Below, piece after piece: positions 9,361 through 18,444 of a stretch of 64,000 nucleotides of DNA (position 1 is the first letter of the stretch; every line of letters starts with the position of its first letter). The DNA is from Candidatus Hydrogenedentota bacterium (GTDB taxonomy: Bacteria; Hydrogenedentota; Hydrogenedentia; Hydrogenedentales; CAITNO01). A program made the translations under genes and the position numbers. The notes beneath the pieces are model-generated. The model worked only from the letters and a program-made list of their open reading frames with translations. It did not search any database and was not told where the DNA came from. The stretch spans positions 27,341 through 91,340 of the forward strand of contig JAKOTZ010000017.1 in the NCBI GenBank assembly GCA_029776995.1, read 5' to 3'.

Positions 9361-11521
9361 GCGGATCCTTTTCGACGCGAAAACGCTGAGCAGATGGACA
9401 CCTGGAGACGATCCGGCTGAACCGGAATGGCAGGCGGTAAACGGGAAGATTTATCCCGGCGAAGACACCATCCGGATATCCGCCTTCTTCGAGAACGTGC
9501 GGCGCATCGATATTATCGACCGGAATGAACCCCGCTTCTGGTTTGCGATTTCCGCTCCGCGTACCGCGCCGCTTCAGGTCGATGTGTCGCGGTATGCCGT
9601 ACTGGAAGTGGAGACCAGGAACGTAAACCTGCGCGGCCTGTTTCGGGTGGCCTGTTTTTATCCGGGCGGGGAATTCCTGTTTACCCTGCCGATCGATCAG
9701 GAGTGGCATACGTTCGGCATGCTGGTCGGACCGGAATTTCCCCGGACCGTCAACGCCATATCCCTGCGGTGCTACGGAGCTTGGCGGGAAACCGGCACGG
9801 TTGAAGTGCGTTCCGTCAGTTTTCGCGCGCTGGAACCTGAAGAACAGGAGCGGCTGAACTCCCTGACGGAGCACTGCGCGGCGGAGCGGAACCATCGGCC
9901 ATATCCGGATTCTTTTTTCCCCTTTGGCGTCTTTATGGACGCGGAAGCCGCCCAGCGGCTGGGCGATATCATGGATATTTCTTTCCATGACTACTGGCGG
10001 CTGGCGCTTGAAGACATTGCCCGCCACCACCATAACTGTATCGTCCTGGAAAATGCAGAAAAAATGGGCCCTGAACTGGGGGCCCACCTCGTGGAACAGG
10101 CAAAGGGTTACGGGATCCGGATTATTCCATCATTTTCCTCCCTGCCGGATCCCGGTGCTCCCGACACTAAAAATTACATCGAGTCGCTTGTGGGCCCTTT
10201 CCGCCATCATCCAACTGTCGCGGCATGGGCGGTTTCCAGATTTCCCGAGGAGAACTCGTGCCCCTGGTGGAAAGGCACCCATGACATTTTTCATCAGCTG
10301 GACGTTACGCAGCCGCTGCTCTGTTACAGCGAGCATCCCGGCAACGTGGAGCTGCTGTCCCGAAACACGCCTGTTTTCTGGGTAAATTTCTTCAAGTCCG
10401 GTGTGCCGTGGGACGTGCGGCATATGCTCACGACCCATTACCGTCAGAAAGGAAACCGGTCGCTGTGGCTTACGGCCCCGGCGTTCACCCGGGCCAGCGG
10501 CGCGCCGGTGTGGAGCTCCTGCCCCGCCATGCGCATTATGCTGAATCTCGCGCTGGCGTGCGGCGTGGACGGATGGTTTACCCACGCTTATCACCATCTG
10601 CCTTCCTGGCTCCAGGGTACGATGGAACGGTCCCTCACAGGACCATTTCAGACTTTCAGTGATCTGTGGACGGAACTGGGGAACCGCCTGGAGCGGCTTA
10701 CTTCGCTGGCGCCGGTTTTCCAGGCGGTTTCTCCCACGGATACGCAGCCTCACGGTTTTATATGCGAAAGCCGAAAACATCCACAGTCCTCGCTGGATCC
10801 CGATATTCCGCCCGCGTCCGTGTACTGGCTGCAGGGCGACGGGTTACAGCTGTGCCACGTGGTGAACAATGACCTGATGCAGGTCACCTCGGTCACCCTG
10901 CATTTTCCCGAAACAGCCGAGGCAACCATGGCTGTTTATGACCTGACCCATTTTGTCCGGAACCGTACCTGGATCCCCGTCCGGCGGACCAGGCAGCTTG
11001 AAATGTTTCCGGGACAGGGGCAGGTCTTTCTGATCGCGTCCCATGACACCGCTACGGCGTGGCGGGACCTCATCGCCAGCCAGATCCTTGCCGCGGACCA
11101 GCGGCAGGTGCTGGTTGACCTGGACCTCGCCCGGCATTACATCGTGAACCTGGAAGAAACGGAAGAAGTGCTTACGGGCGTCTCGGTCAACCCGCTCGCC
11201 GACCTGGTCCGGGTACACACCGCCCGGGAAAAACTGATCAACATGATCTATGCCTGCCCTGACCTGTACGCGGCGCGGAGCGCGCTGATCGAAGCCAGCT
11301 CGCTGCTTTGCGCCTGCGATGAGGCCCTGGCAAGGCTGCATGCAGCGGGGCGCGCGGAAGCGGCGCATGATTTCGGGATGCGCGCGCTGCCCTTCGCGCG
11401 CCAGTTGACCTTTTACCGACTTCTGTTGCGCCGGGGCGAAGGGAAGGCTATCCTCGCGGAATGCCGCCAGATGAGCCAGTCCATTTACACCCTGCTAAGC
11501 GATATCTGGGCCCGTTTCTGA
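9287..11521 (+). CDS. Large cytoplasmic hypothetical protein (744 aa), possibly a TIM-barrel glycoside-hydrolase-like protein.
   Basis: A long ORF with no signal peptide. It overlaps the upstream gene by 74 nt, so the true start may be internal. No confident motif. Confidence 0.45.
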   Translation: MAYRAIGILNYLRENLNRPPESSTERILFDAKTLSRWTPGDDPAEPEWQAVNGKIYPGEDTIRISAFFENVRRIDIIDRNEPRFWFAISAPRTAPLQVDVSRYAVLEVETRNVNLRGLFRVACFYPGGEFLFTLPIDQEWHTFGMLVGPEFPRTVNAISLRCYGAWRETGTVEVRSVSFRALEPEEQERLNSLTEHCAAERNHRPYPDSFFPFGVFMDAEAAQRLGDIMDISFHDYWRLALEDIARHHHNCIVLENAEKMGPELGAHLVEQAKGYGIRIIPSFSSLPDPGAPDTKNYIESLVGPFRHHPTVAAWAVSRFPEENSCPWWKGTHDIFHQLDVTQPLLCYSEHPGNVELLSRNTPVFWVNFFKSGVPWDVRHMLTTHYRQKGNRSLWLTAPAFTRASGAPVWSSCPAMRIMLNLALACGVDGWFTHAYHHLPSWLQGTMERSLTGPFQTFSDLWTELGNRLERLTSLAPVFQAVSPTDTQPHGFICESRKHPQSSLDPDIPPASVYWLQGDGLQLCHVVNNDLMQVTSVTLHFPETAEATMAVYDLTHFVRNRTWIPVRRTRQLEMFPGQGQVFLIASHDTATAWRDLIASQILAADQRQVLVDLDLARHYIVNLEETEEVLTGVSVNPLADLVRVHTAREKLINMIYACPDLYAARSALIEASSLLCACDEALARLHAAGRAEAAHDFGMRALPFARQLTFYRLLLRRGEGKAILAECRQMSQSIYTLLSDIWARF

Positions 11522-11543
11522 AAACCTCACGATTCCGTCCTAT

Positions 11544-11573
11544 TTAACAAAAATCTAACACGAGCTTTATATA
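11544..11573 (+). promoter_or_regulatory. Candidate Pho-box-like direct repeat plus -10 element upstream of pstS.
   Basis: TTAACA (11544-11549) and CTAACA (11555-11560) lie 11 bp apart, the helical phasing expected of PhoB/PhoP-type sites. TATATA follows at 11568-11573. The spacing to the -10 is shorter than in the E. coli paradigm. Confidence 0.3.
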
Positions 11574-11637
11574 CTTCTGGCGATTGCGCAGCACCATAAA
11601 GGACAGGGAAGAAGCACAACCATAAGGAGATTCTCGT

Positions 11638-12672
11638 ATGCTTCAACGTATCTTCCGCCTGACAGGAGTTGCTGTGCTGTGTGTCCTGCTGTTGCTGGCC
11701 ATGGTTCCGGATGCCCGCGCGCAGGCCGCCAATTTGCGGGGAAAAGTGGTGGTGGATGGGTCCAGCACCGTCTTTCCCATTACGGAAGCCGCCGCGCATG
11801 CTTTTAAACAGGATTTTCCGAACGTGGACGTGGTGGTTGGCGTTTCAGGAACTGGCGGCGGATTCAAACGCTTCGTAAAAGGGGAAATCGACGTTTCTGA
11901 CGCCTCCAGGCCGATAAAAAAAGAGGAATTGGAGGCCGCCCGGCAGAACCAGGTCCGTTTTATTGAACTTCCCGTCGGTTTTGACGGGCTGTCGGTCGTG
12001 GTTCACCATGATAATAACTGGGCAGATAAGCTTACCGTTGAACAGTTGCGGGAACTGTTCAGTGAAGACGGTAAAATCCGGAAATGGAGCGACATCAACC
12101 CGGCATGGCCGAACGAGACCATTAAACTGTATTCGCCGGGCACTGATTCCGGAACATTCGATTATTTTCGTGAAGCCGTCATGGGCGAGCGGAATTTCCG
12201 TACAGATTTGTCCACCAGCGAGGACGATAACGTGCTGGTAACCGGCATAAACGGAGACAAGTTCTCCCTTGGCTATTTTGGCGCGGCCTATTACTACGAA
12301 AACCGGGAAAAAGTAAAAGCCGTGCCGATCCTCAATCCCGCGACCGGAGAAGCCATACTTCCGGAGCCTGAAAACGTGCTGAGCAACCGGTACGCGCCGC
12401 TGAGCCGCCCGCTTTTTATCTACGTGAGTATGAATGCGCTGCGGCGTCCGGAAGTGCGCAAATTCGTGGAGTTTTATATAAACCGGTGCGGCGAATTCTC
12501 GGAGAAAGTCGGATATGTCGCGCTGCCACAGGAGATTGTTGCCATGGCGCGGGATTTCCTGACCAACCGCCGCACGGGCACGGTGTGGCTGATGCCCGAC
12601 GGCGCCAAGCGGCACGGCGCGCTGGCTGAAGTTTACAAACCGGAAAACCTGGTGGATCCGCTGAAACAGTAA
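11638..12672 (+). CDS. pstS: Phosphate ABC transporter substrate-binding protein.
   Basis: AAGGAG Shine-Dalgarno. Signal peptide. VVDGSSTVFPITEAAA...VVGVSGTGGGFKRF, typical of PstS. Confidence 0.9.
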   Translation: MLQRIFRLTGVAVLCVLLLLAMVPDARAQAANLRGKVVVDGSSTVFPITEAAAHAFKQDFPNVDVVVGVSGTGGGFKRFVKGEIDVSDASRPIKKEELEAARQNQVRFIELPVGFDGLSVVVHHDNNWADKLTVEQLRELFSEDGKIRKWSDINPAWPNETIKLYSPGTDSGTFDYFREAVMGERNFRTDLSTSEDDNVLVTGINGDKFSLGYFGAAYYYENREKVKAVPILNPATGEAILPEPENVLSNRYAPLSRPLFIYVSMNALRRPEVRKFVEFYINRCGEFSEKVGYVALPQEIVAMARDFLTNRRTGTVWLMPDGAKRHGALAEVYKPENLVDPLKQ

Positions 12673-12701
12673 TTTATTGATACGGGAATGACTGATACTA
12701 T

Positions 12702-12728
12702 CATGGAGCCTGATCTTCAGGCTCCATG
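12702..12728 (+). other. Perfect 12-bp-stem intercistronic hairpin between pstS and pstC.
   Basis: catggagcctga-tct-tcaggctccatg: 12 of 12 inverted-repeat positions pair, with a 3-nt loop. The ORF-track ATG at 12726 lies inside the stem. Confidence 0.7.
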
Positions 12729-12749
12729 ATAGCGCTCTGCGTAACTGAC

Positions 12750-13718
12750 ATGAACGAACTCAAACCGAAAACAACGCTGGACATGCCGCTTTCCCCGGAA
12801 TCCCGGGTCAGAGGACGCGCGGTGCGGCGGTTCCGCCGGGGCATAGAGTGGCTGATTCTGGCGCTGCTGGGTTCTTCCACCGGCATTACCCTGCTGGTGA
12901 CCGCGGCGATCATCATGGTCCTCGGCGTGGAAACGGTCCTGTTTTTCCGCCAGGAAGAGGTTTCGGTGGGCGAGTTTTTTTTCAGCCTTCAGTGGAATCC
13001 CCTGCTGGGCGGTGAAAAGCACTTCGGCATCTGGCCCCTGCTGACCGGCACGCTGATGATTTCGGTCATCGGACTGGCGGTTGCGGTGCCGATGGGGCTG
13101 ATCACGGCCATTTACCTGAGCGAGTACGCCCATCCCAAAATCCGGGCAGTCCTGAAACCCGCGCTGGAGTTGCTCGCCGGCATTCCCACCGTGGTTTACG
13201 GATTCTTTGCCCTGGCTTTTATCACCCCGCTCCTGAAATGGTTCCACGAGGGATTCAATTCCTACAATGCGCTGTCGGCGGGTATCGCGGTGGGCATCCT
13301 GATCATCCCCATCGTCAGTTCCATCGCGGAGGATGCCATGCGCGCCGTACCCAACGCACTGCGCGAGGGCGTTTACGGACTGGGAGGGACCCGCTTTGAT
13401 GCCGCGGTAAAAGTGGTATTTCCGGCTGCCTTGTCTGGCATTGTCGCCGCGGTGTTACTGGCCATGGCCCGGGCGGTCGGCGAAACCATGGTAGTGGCTT
13501 TGGCTTCAGGCAGCACACCCAGGCTTGCCTACGATCCCCGGCTGGAGACCCAAACCATGACCGGGTTCATGGTCCAGATGGCCATGGGCGATGTATCCAA
13601 TTTCGGCGTGGAATATTATTCCCTGTACGCCGTTGCCGCCACCCTGTTTGTCATGACTTTCAGCCTGACGCTCCTGGGCGCGTGGGTGCGGCGGCGCTAC
13701 CAGGAAAAATACGAATGA
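12750..13718 (+). CDS. pstC: Phosphate ABC transporter permease PstC.
   Basis: A multi-transmembrane permease with the EAA-like motif region (IAEDAMRAVPNALREGVYGLGGTRF). The start at 12750 (MNELKPK) is chosen because 12726 is buried in the hairpin. The start is uncertain. Confidence 0.85.
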   Translation: MNELKPKTTLDMPLSPESRVRGRAVRRFRRGIEWLILALLGSSTGITLLVTAAIIMVLGVETVLFFRQEEVSVGEFFFSLQWNPLLGGEKHFGIWPLLTGTLMISVIGLAVAVPMGLITAIYLSEYAHPKIRAVLKPALELLAGIPTVVYGFFALAFITPLLKWFHEGFNSYNALSAGIAVGILIIPIVSSIAEDAMRAVPNALREGVYGLGGTRFDAAVKVVFPAALSGIVAAVLLAMARAVGETMVVALASGSTPRLAYDPRLETQTMTGFMVQMAMGDVSNFGVEYYSLYAVAATLFVMTFSLTLLGAWVRRRYQEKYE

Positions 13719-14941
13719 ACGGCGAATCCCGGCTGTCTTTACACCCCCTGCTGGCGGACCCCGAAGGGTTGCGCGCCCGGTTGCGTCCCGTCGCGGGTCG
13801 GCACCGGAAAGAACGGATATTCTATTTTCTGTGCTTGGCTGTTTCAGGGATGGCCGTGCTGATCCTGGCCGCGCTGTTCGGCGCCATCACGCTGATGGGA
13901 ATCGCCACCTTTTCCTGGAAATTCCTCACGGCGCCTCCTTCTCCGGCAGCTGAAGAATCCGGCATGTACCCGGCCATCATGGGCAGCGTGTGGGTAGTCC
14001 TGCTGGCCATGCTGACCGCCCTGCCCCTGGGAACGGCATCCGCAATCCTTCTCGAAGAATACCGGCCCCGATCCCCCTTGATGCGCCGGATCCAGCATAT
14101 TATTGAACTGAACATAACAAACCTTGCCGGGGTGCCGTCGGTTGTGTACGGCATTCTTGGCCTGACTGTTTTTGTGTATATGTTCCCTCTGTTTGACGGT
14201 ACCGGCAAACCGGTTCGCGAGTGGGGCGTCGTGTACTACGACCAGTTTTACAACGAAGCCGATACTGTACTCCTGGTTCCGGTAAACACACTGGACGCTC
14301 CGCCTGTCCAACCCAAAACAGGCATGCTCGCCTTCGACGCCGATTTTCATCCCGTAAACCTTCAGGTAATCGGGGAAGATGACCCGTGGCCCGAGGATCC
14401 GGAACGCGCCCGCGTAACCCTGCGGGAAACAGACATGGGCGGGCGGATCAGCGAAAAAACCTGGTACTATTTCTGCCTGCCCTTTGGGCGCGGGGTGCTG
14501 GCCGGCGCCCTGACGCTTGGACTCGTGATCCTGCCCACCATTATCATCGTCGCCCGCGAAGCGCTGCGGGCCGTGCCGGATTCGCTTCGGGAGGGCGCTT
14601 TTGCCCTGGGCGCTTCCCGATGGCAGACCATTTACCGCGTTACCCTGCCGGCGGCGCTGCCCGGCATCATGACCGGGTCCATTCTGGCCATGAGCCGCGC
14701 CATCGGCGAGGCCGCGCCGCTCATCATGATTTCCGGAATCGTATTCCTGACCAATCCGCCCAGGCATCTTATGGATGATTTCACGGTCATGCCCCTCCAG
14801 ATCTTCAACTGGGCCCAGCGGCCGCAAACGGATTTCCATGCCCTGGCGGCCTCAGGTATCATTGTCCTGCTGGCTATTCTGCTGGTGTTCAACAGCATTG
14901 CCCTGCTTATCCGCCAGCGGTACCAGAAGCCTCTTTCATAA
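13715..14941 (+). CDS. pstA: Phosphate ABC transporter permease PstA.
   Basis: The ATG at 13715 overlaps the pstC TGA (ATGA). ALRAVPDSLREGAFALGASRWQTIYRVTLP permease signature. Confidence 0.9.
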   Translation: MNGESRLSLHPLLADPEGLRARLRPVAGRHRKERIFYFLCLAVSGMAVLILAALFGAITLMGIATFSWKFLTAPPSPAAEESGMYPAIMGSVWVVLLAMLTALPLGTASAILLEEYRPRSPLMRRIQHIIELNITNLAGVPSVVYGILGLTVFVYMFPLFDGTGKPVREWGVVYYDQFYNEADTVLLVPVNTLDAPPVQPKTGMLAFDADFHPVNLQVIGEDDPWPEDPERARVTLRETDMGGRISEKTWYYFCLPFGRGVLAGALTLGLVILPTIIIVAREALRAVPDSLREGAFALGASRWQTIYRVTLPAALPGIMTGSILAMSRAIGEAAPLIMISGIVFLTNPPRHLMDDFTVMPLQIFNWAQRPQTDFHALAASGIIVLLAILLVFNSIALLIRQRYQKPLS

Positions 14942-14950
14942 GGATCCATC

Positions 14951-15802
14951 ATGAATAACACGGCGGAAAACGCGATACAACAGAATATGCCACGGCCAGG
15001 GACTGCGGCCGCCGATTCCGGCGCGCCGGCGTCCTCGCCGAAAACGGCCGATATCGCCGTGCGGGTGGACAACTTCAACGCGTGGTACGGCGAAAAACAC
15101 GCGCTGAAAAACATCTCCCTGAACGTGCCCGCCTGCCGGGTGACTGCCCTGATCGGACCAAGCGGCTGCGGTAAAAGCACCCTGTTGCGCTGGATTAACC
15201 GGATGAATGATACCATTCCGGGGGCGCGGGCGGAAGGGACGCTGTCCGTACACGGTATCGACGTGTTCTCCCCGGATACGGATGTCGTTGAACTCCGGCG
15301 GCGGGTCGGGATTGTTTTTCAGAAACCCAATCCGTTCCCAAAATCTATTTTCGAAAACGTGGCCTTCGGCGCGCGGTTGCATCTCAAGCTGAGCCGTTCC
15401 GAGCTGCACGGTCTGGTGGAGTGGGCGCTCAAACGGGCTGCCCTGTGGGAGGAAGTCCGGGATCGCCTCCACCATTCCGCCCTTTCGCTCTCAGGCGGGC
15501 AACAGCAGCGGCTGTGCATTGCCCGGGCCATCGCTGTGGGGCCGGAAGTGCTGCTGATGGACGAGCCCTGTTCCGCGCTGGATCCAAAATCCACCGCGGC
15601 AATCGAAGACCTCATCTGGGACCTCAGCGAGCAGTACACGATTGTAATCGTCACCCATAACATGCAGCAGGCGTCCCGGGTGAGCGATATCACGGCGTTT
15701 ATGTACCTCGGCGAACTGCTCGAGGTGGGCGAGACCGACCAGGTCTTCCAGAATCCGGCCCACCCGCAGACCCGGGATTATATTACCGGGCGGTTCGGCT
15801 GA
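14951..15802 (+). CDS. pstB: Phosphate ABC transporter ATP-binding protein.
   Basis: Walker [10 protein letters not shown], signature LSGGQQQRL, Walker B LLMDEP. Confidence 0.95.
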   Translation: MNNTAENAIQQNMPRPGTAAADSGAPASSPKTADIAVRVDNFNAWYGEKHALKNISLNVPACRVTALIGPSGCGKSTLLRWINRMNDTIPGARAEGTLSVHGIDVFSPDTDVVELRRRVGIVFQKPNPFPKSIFENVAFGARLHLKLSRSELHGLVEWALKRAALWEEVRDRLHHSALSLSGGQQQRLCIARAIAVGPEVLLMDEPCSALDPKSTAAIEDLIWDLSEQYTIVIVTHNMQQASRVSDITAFMYLGELLEVGETDQVFQNPAHPQTRDYITGRFG

Positions 15803-15855
15803 TACACTGGATAACCGGACGGCGCGGCGCGCCGGACCGCAGGAAGGGATAAAGC

Positions 15856-16956
15856 ATGCACGCACACTTTCTGAGGGAGGTGGCGCTGATCAAGGACCTC
15901 ATCGCCCGGCAGGGCATGATGGTACATGAAAACTTTGTGATGGCCATGGAGGCCTTCATTGACGGGGATGCCGCCCTGGGTAAACGGGTCCTGGAAATCG
16001 AGTCCGAAGTGGACAGCAGCGAAGTATCCATTGAGGAAGAATGCCTGAAAACCATCGCCCTTTATCAGCCCGTGGCGGATGACCTTCGCCTGCTGATCTC
16101 GGTTATCCGCGCAAACCACAACCTGGAACGCATCGGCGACCAGGCTGCCCGCGTCGCCCGTTTTGCCGGGCTGGTGCTTCCCCAGTCCCTGGAACCCCTG
16201 CGGCTCATGGTGCGCAATCTGGCCGCGCTGACTTCCATGATGATTTACCGCGCCGTACATTCCCTGGTGGAACGGACTGGAGACGAGGCGCTGCTGATCT
16301 GGCACGTCGACCGCCTGGTGGACCGCCTGCACGATGAAACCGCCCTGCGCATCCAGCGGGAAGTTACCGAAAATCCGGCCGCCGTAACAGACCTGTTTAC
16401 CGCGCTGGACGCGATTAACCGCATCGAGCGTTCCGCGGACCACGCGGCGAATATCGCCAAAGCCGTGCTTTATCTCGTGCTCGGGCACATCGTCCGCCAC
16501 CACCGCAAACAGACGATTCGCGAACTGCCGCTGCCCAAAGTGCGGCTCCTCTTCGTGGACGACAGGGATGCCGGCGCGGCCCGCATGGCCCAGGCATGGG
16601 TTAACCACGCCCACGGCGACCGCTTTGTCGCTGAAAGCGCCGCGCTCAGCCCCGCTGATCCCAATCCGCTGGTCGCCCCCGTCATGGCTGAACTCGGAGC
16701 GGATATCACGGCCTATGCGCCCAGAGGACTGCGGGAATATTTCGAGTCGGAACGGCCTCTGGATTTTGTAATCGTCCTGGGAAATCCCGATCTGCTGGAC
16801 GCCCTCCCCAACCTGCCTGGTACCGCGTGCCTCGCCTGGAGCCATCCGGACCCTAACGCCGGACCGGATTTCGCGGACTCCACGGACGCGCTGCGCGGTT
16901 ACCGGGACACCCTCACCGGTGTCCTGGACCGATGGGTTAAAATGTTGCTGCGCTGA
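15856..16956 (+). CDS. phoU: PhoU-family phosphate signalling regulator fused to a C-terminal catalytically degenerate ArsC/low-molecular-weight phosphatase-like domain.
   Basis: Residues 1-220 are a tandem PhoU domain (two PhoU-type repeats, including DxxRIxD-like NLERIGDQAARVAR and AINRIERSADHAANIAK). Residues ~225-366 (VRLLFVDDRDAGAARMAQAW...HGDRFVAESAALSPADPNPLVAPVMAELGADI...LDFVIVLG) align with the ArsC/low-molecular-weight phosphatase fold, but the CX5R P-loop Cys and Arg are replaced. Confidence 0.8.
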   Translation: MHAHFLREVALIKDLIARQGMMVHENFVMAMEAFIDGDAALGKRVLEIESEVDSSEVSIEEECLKTIALYQPVADDLRLLISVIRANHNLERIGDQAARVARFAGLVLPQSLEPLRLMVRNLAALTSMMIYRAVHSLVERTGDEALLIWHVDRLVDRLHDETALRIQREVTENPAAVTDLFTALDAINRIERSADHAANIAKAVLYLVLGHIVRHHRKQTIRELPLPKVRLLFVDDRDAGAARMAQAWVNHAHGDRFVAESAALSPADPNPLVAPVMAELGADITAYAPRGLREYFESERPLDFVIVLGNPDLLDALPNLPGTACLAWSHPDPNAGPDFADSTDALRGYRDTLTGVLDRWVKMLLR

Positions 16957-16998
16957 GTAAATACTACAAGGCGGATTGACCCTTAAGGAAACGCCCGC

Positions 16999-18444
16999 AT
17001 GCAAACCGGAATTCGGGGGAAAGTCCATTTCTCGGGAATCGGAGGCGTGGCCATGGTCGGCGGCGCCCGGCTCGCGCTGGAACTTGGATGGACGGTCCGG
17101 GGCAGTGACGGGCCTTTATATCCTCCGGCTTCCGAACTGGTCCACAAGCTTGGCATCCCCGTCGCCAACAGCTACAACCCGGAAAACCTGGACTGGAACC
17201 CGGATATTGTCGTCATTGGAAACGCCCTCAGCAGGGGAAATCCTGAAGTAGAAACGGTGCTTTCCCGTCGGCTGCGTTTTGCCAGCCTGCCGGAATGGCT
17301 CCGCGAGAATCTTCTGCGCGAAAGGCGGCCTGTCGTCGTGGCGGGCACCCATGGTAAAACCACCACCACCGCCATGGCCGCGTGGATCCTTATGCGGGCC
17401 GGCATCCAGCCCGGCTGGCTGATCGGAGGCCAGCCCTTCGGATTCCCGTTTCCGGCAGCCGCGGGTGCGCCGGGCTCTCCTTTCGTCATCGAAGGGGATG
17501 AGTATGATTCCGCATTTTTTGACAAGCGGGCAAAATTCCTGCACTATCTTCCTGAAGTCGCTCTCGTCATGTCCATTGAATTTGATCACGGTGACATATA
17601 CCGCGACCTGGATGAAATCGACACCGCCTTCGAGCGCATGCTGCGCCAGATACCCAGGGAAGGGCTCCTGATCATTTGCGCCGACACCCGGGCAATCCTG
17701 CTGCGGAACCACGCATACTGTCCGGTCGCCACATATGGCTTTTCCCCGGATGCCGACTGGCGGCTGGAACCCGCCGCATCAGATCCGGATGCCGGCCAGA
17801 CTTGGCGGGTTATCCCGAAAAACGGGAAGCCCGTCACGCTCCGGCGTCTTCCTCCCGGACGGCACAATGCCCAGAATGCCCTGGCTGCCCTGGTGGCAGC
17901 CGAACGGTTTGGCGTTTCTCCCCGTGATGCCGCCGACCTGCTTGCGGAATTCCCGGGCGTTCGTCGCAGAATGGAAATCTTCCTCCGACATCAGGACAGG
18001 ATATTTATCGACGACTTCGCCCATCATCCCACCGCGGTACGCGCCACGCTGGAAGCTGCCCGCGGACGGTGGCCGAGCAAAACCATCCATGCCGTGTTCG
18101 AACCCCGTTCCAACACTACGGTTACCCGGCGTTTCGCGGCCGAACTGGAGGACGCGCTTGCGCTGGTGGATGCCGTATGGCTTGGGCCGGTTTACCGCGC
18201 CGAGCGCCTAGCTCCCGAAGAACGCCTGGATACGCGATCCCTGGCGGACAGGTTGCGTGCCCGAAACCTGCCAGCCCAGGCTTTTGATGAGGTGCCTGCT
18301 CTTGCTGAGGCCCTCTGGAACGGAACACAGCCTGGCGAGATTGTCCTGATTATGAGCAATAGCGCCTTCGGCGGGCTCTATAACATCCTTCGGGAACGCA
18401 GCCAGGGTTCCCCGGTACCGCCTGATCCTACAGGTAGCCAATAG
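16999..18444 (+). CDS. mpl: UDP-N-acetylmuramate:L-alanyl-gamma-D-glutamyl-meso-DAP ligase (murein peptide ligase).
   Basis: Mur-ligase motifs: VHFSGIGGVAM, VAGTHGKTTTT, DEYDSAFFDK. Confidence 0.85.
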   Translation: MQTGIRGKVHFSGIGGVAMVGGARLALELGWTVRGSDGPLYPPASELVHKLGIPVANSYNPENLDWNPDIVVIGNALSRGNPEVETVLSRRLRFASLPEWLRENLLRERRPVVVAGTHGKTTTTAMAAWILMRAGIQPGWLIGGQPFGFPFPAAAGAPGSPFVIEGDEYDSAFFDKRAKFLHYLPEVALVMSIEFDHGDIYRDLDEIDTAFERMLRQIPREGLLIICADTRAILLRNHAYCPVATYGFSPDADWRLEPAASDPDAGQTWRVIPKNGKPVTLRRLPPGRHNAQNALAALVAAERFGVSPRDAADLLAEFPGVRRRMEIFLRHQDRIFIDDFAHHPTAVRATLEAARGRWPSKTIHAVFEPRSNTTVTRRFAAELEDALALVDAVWLGPVYRAERLAPEERLDTRSLADRLRARNLPAQAFDEVPALAEALWNGTQPGEIVLIMSNSAFGGLYNILRERSQGSPVPPDPTGSQ

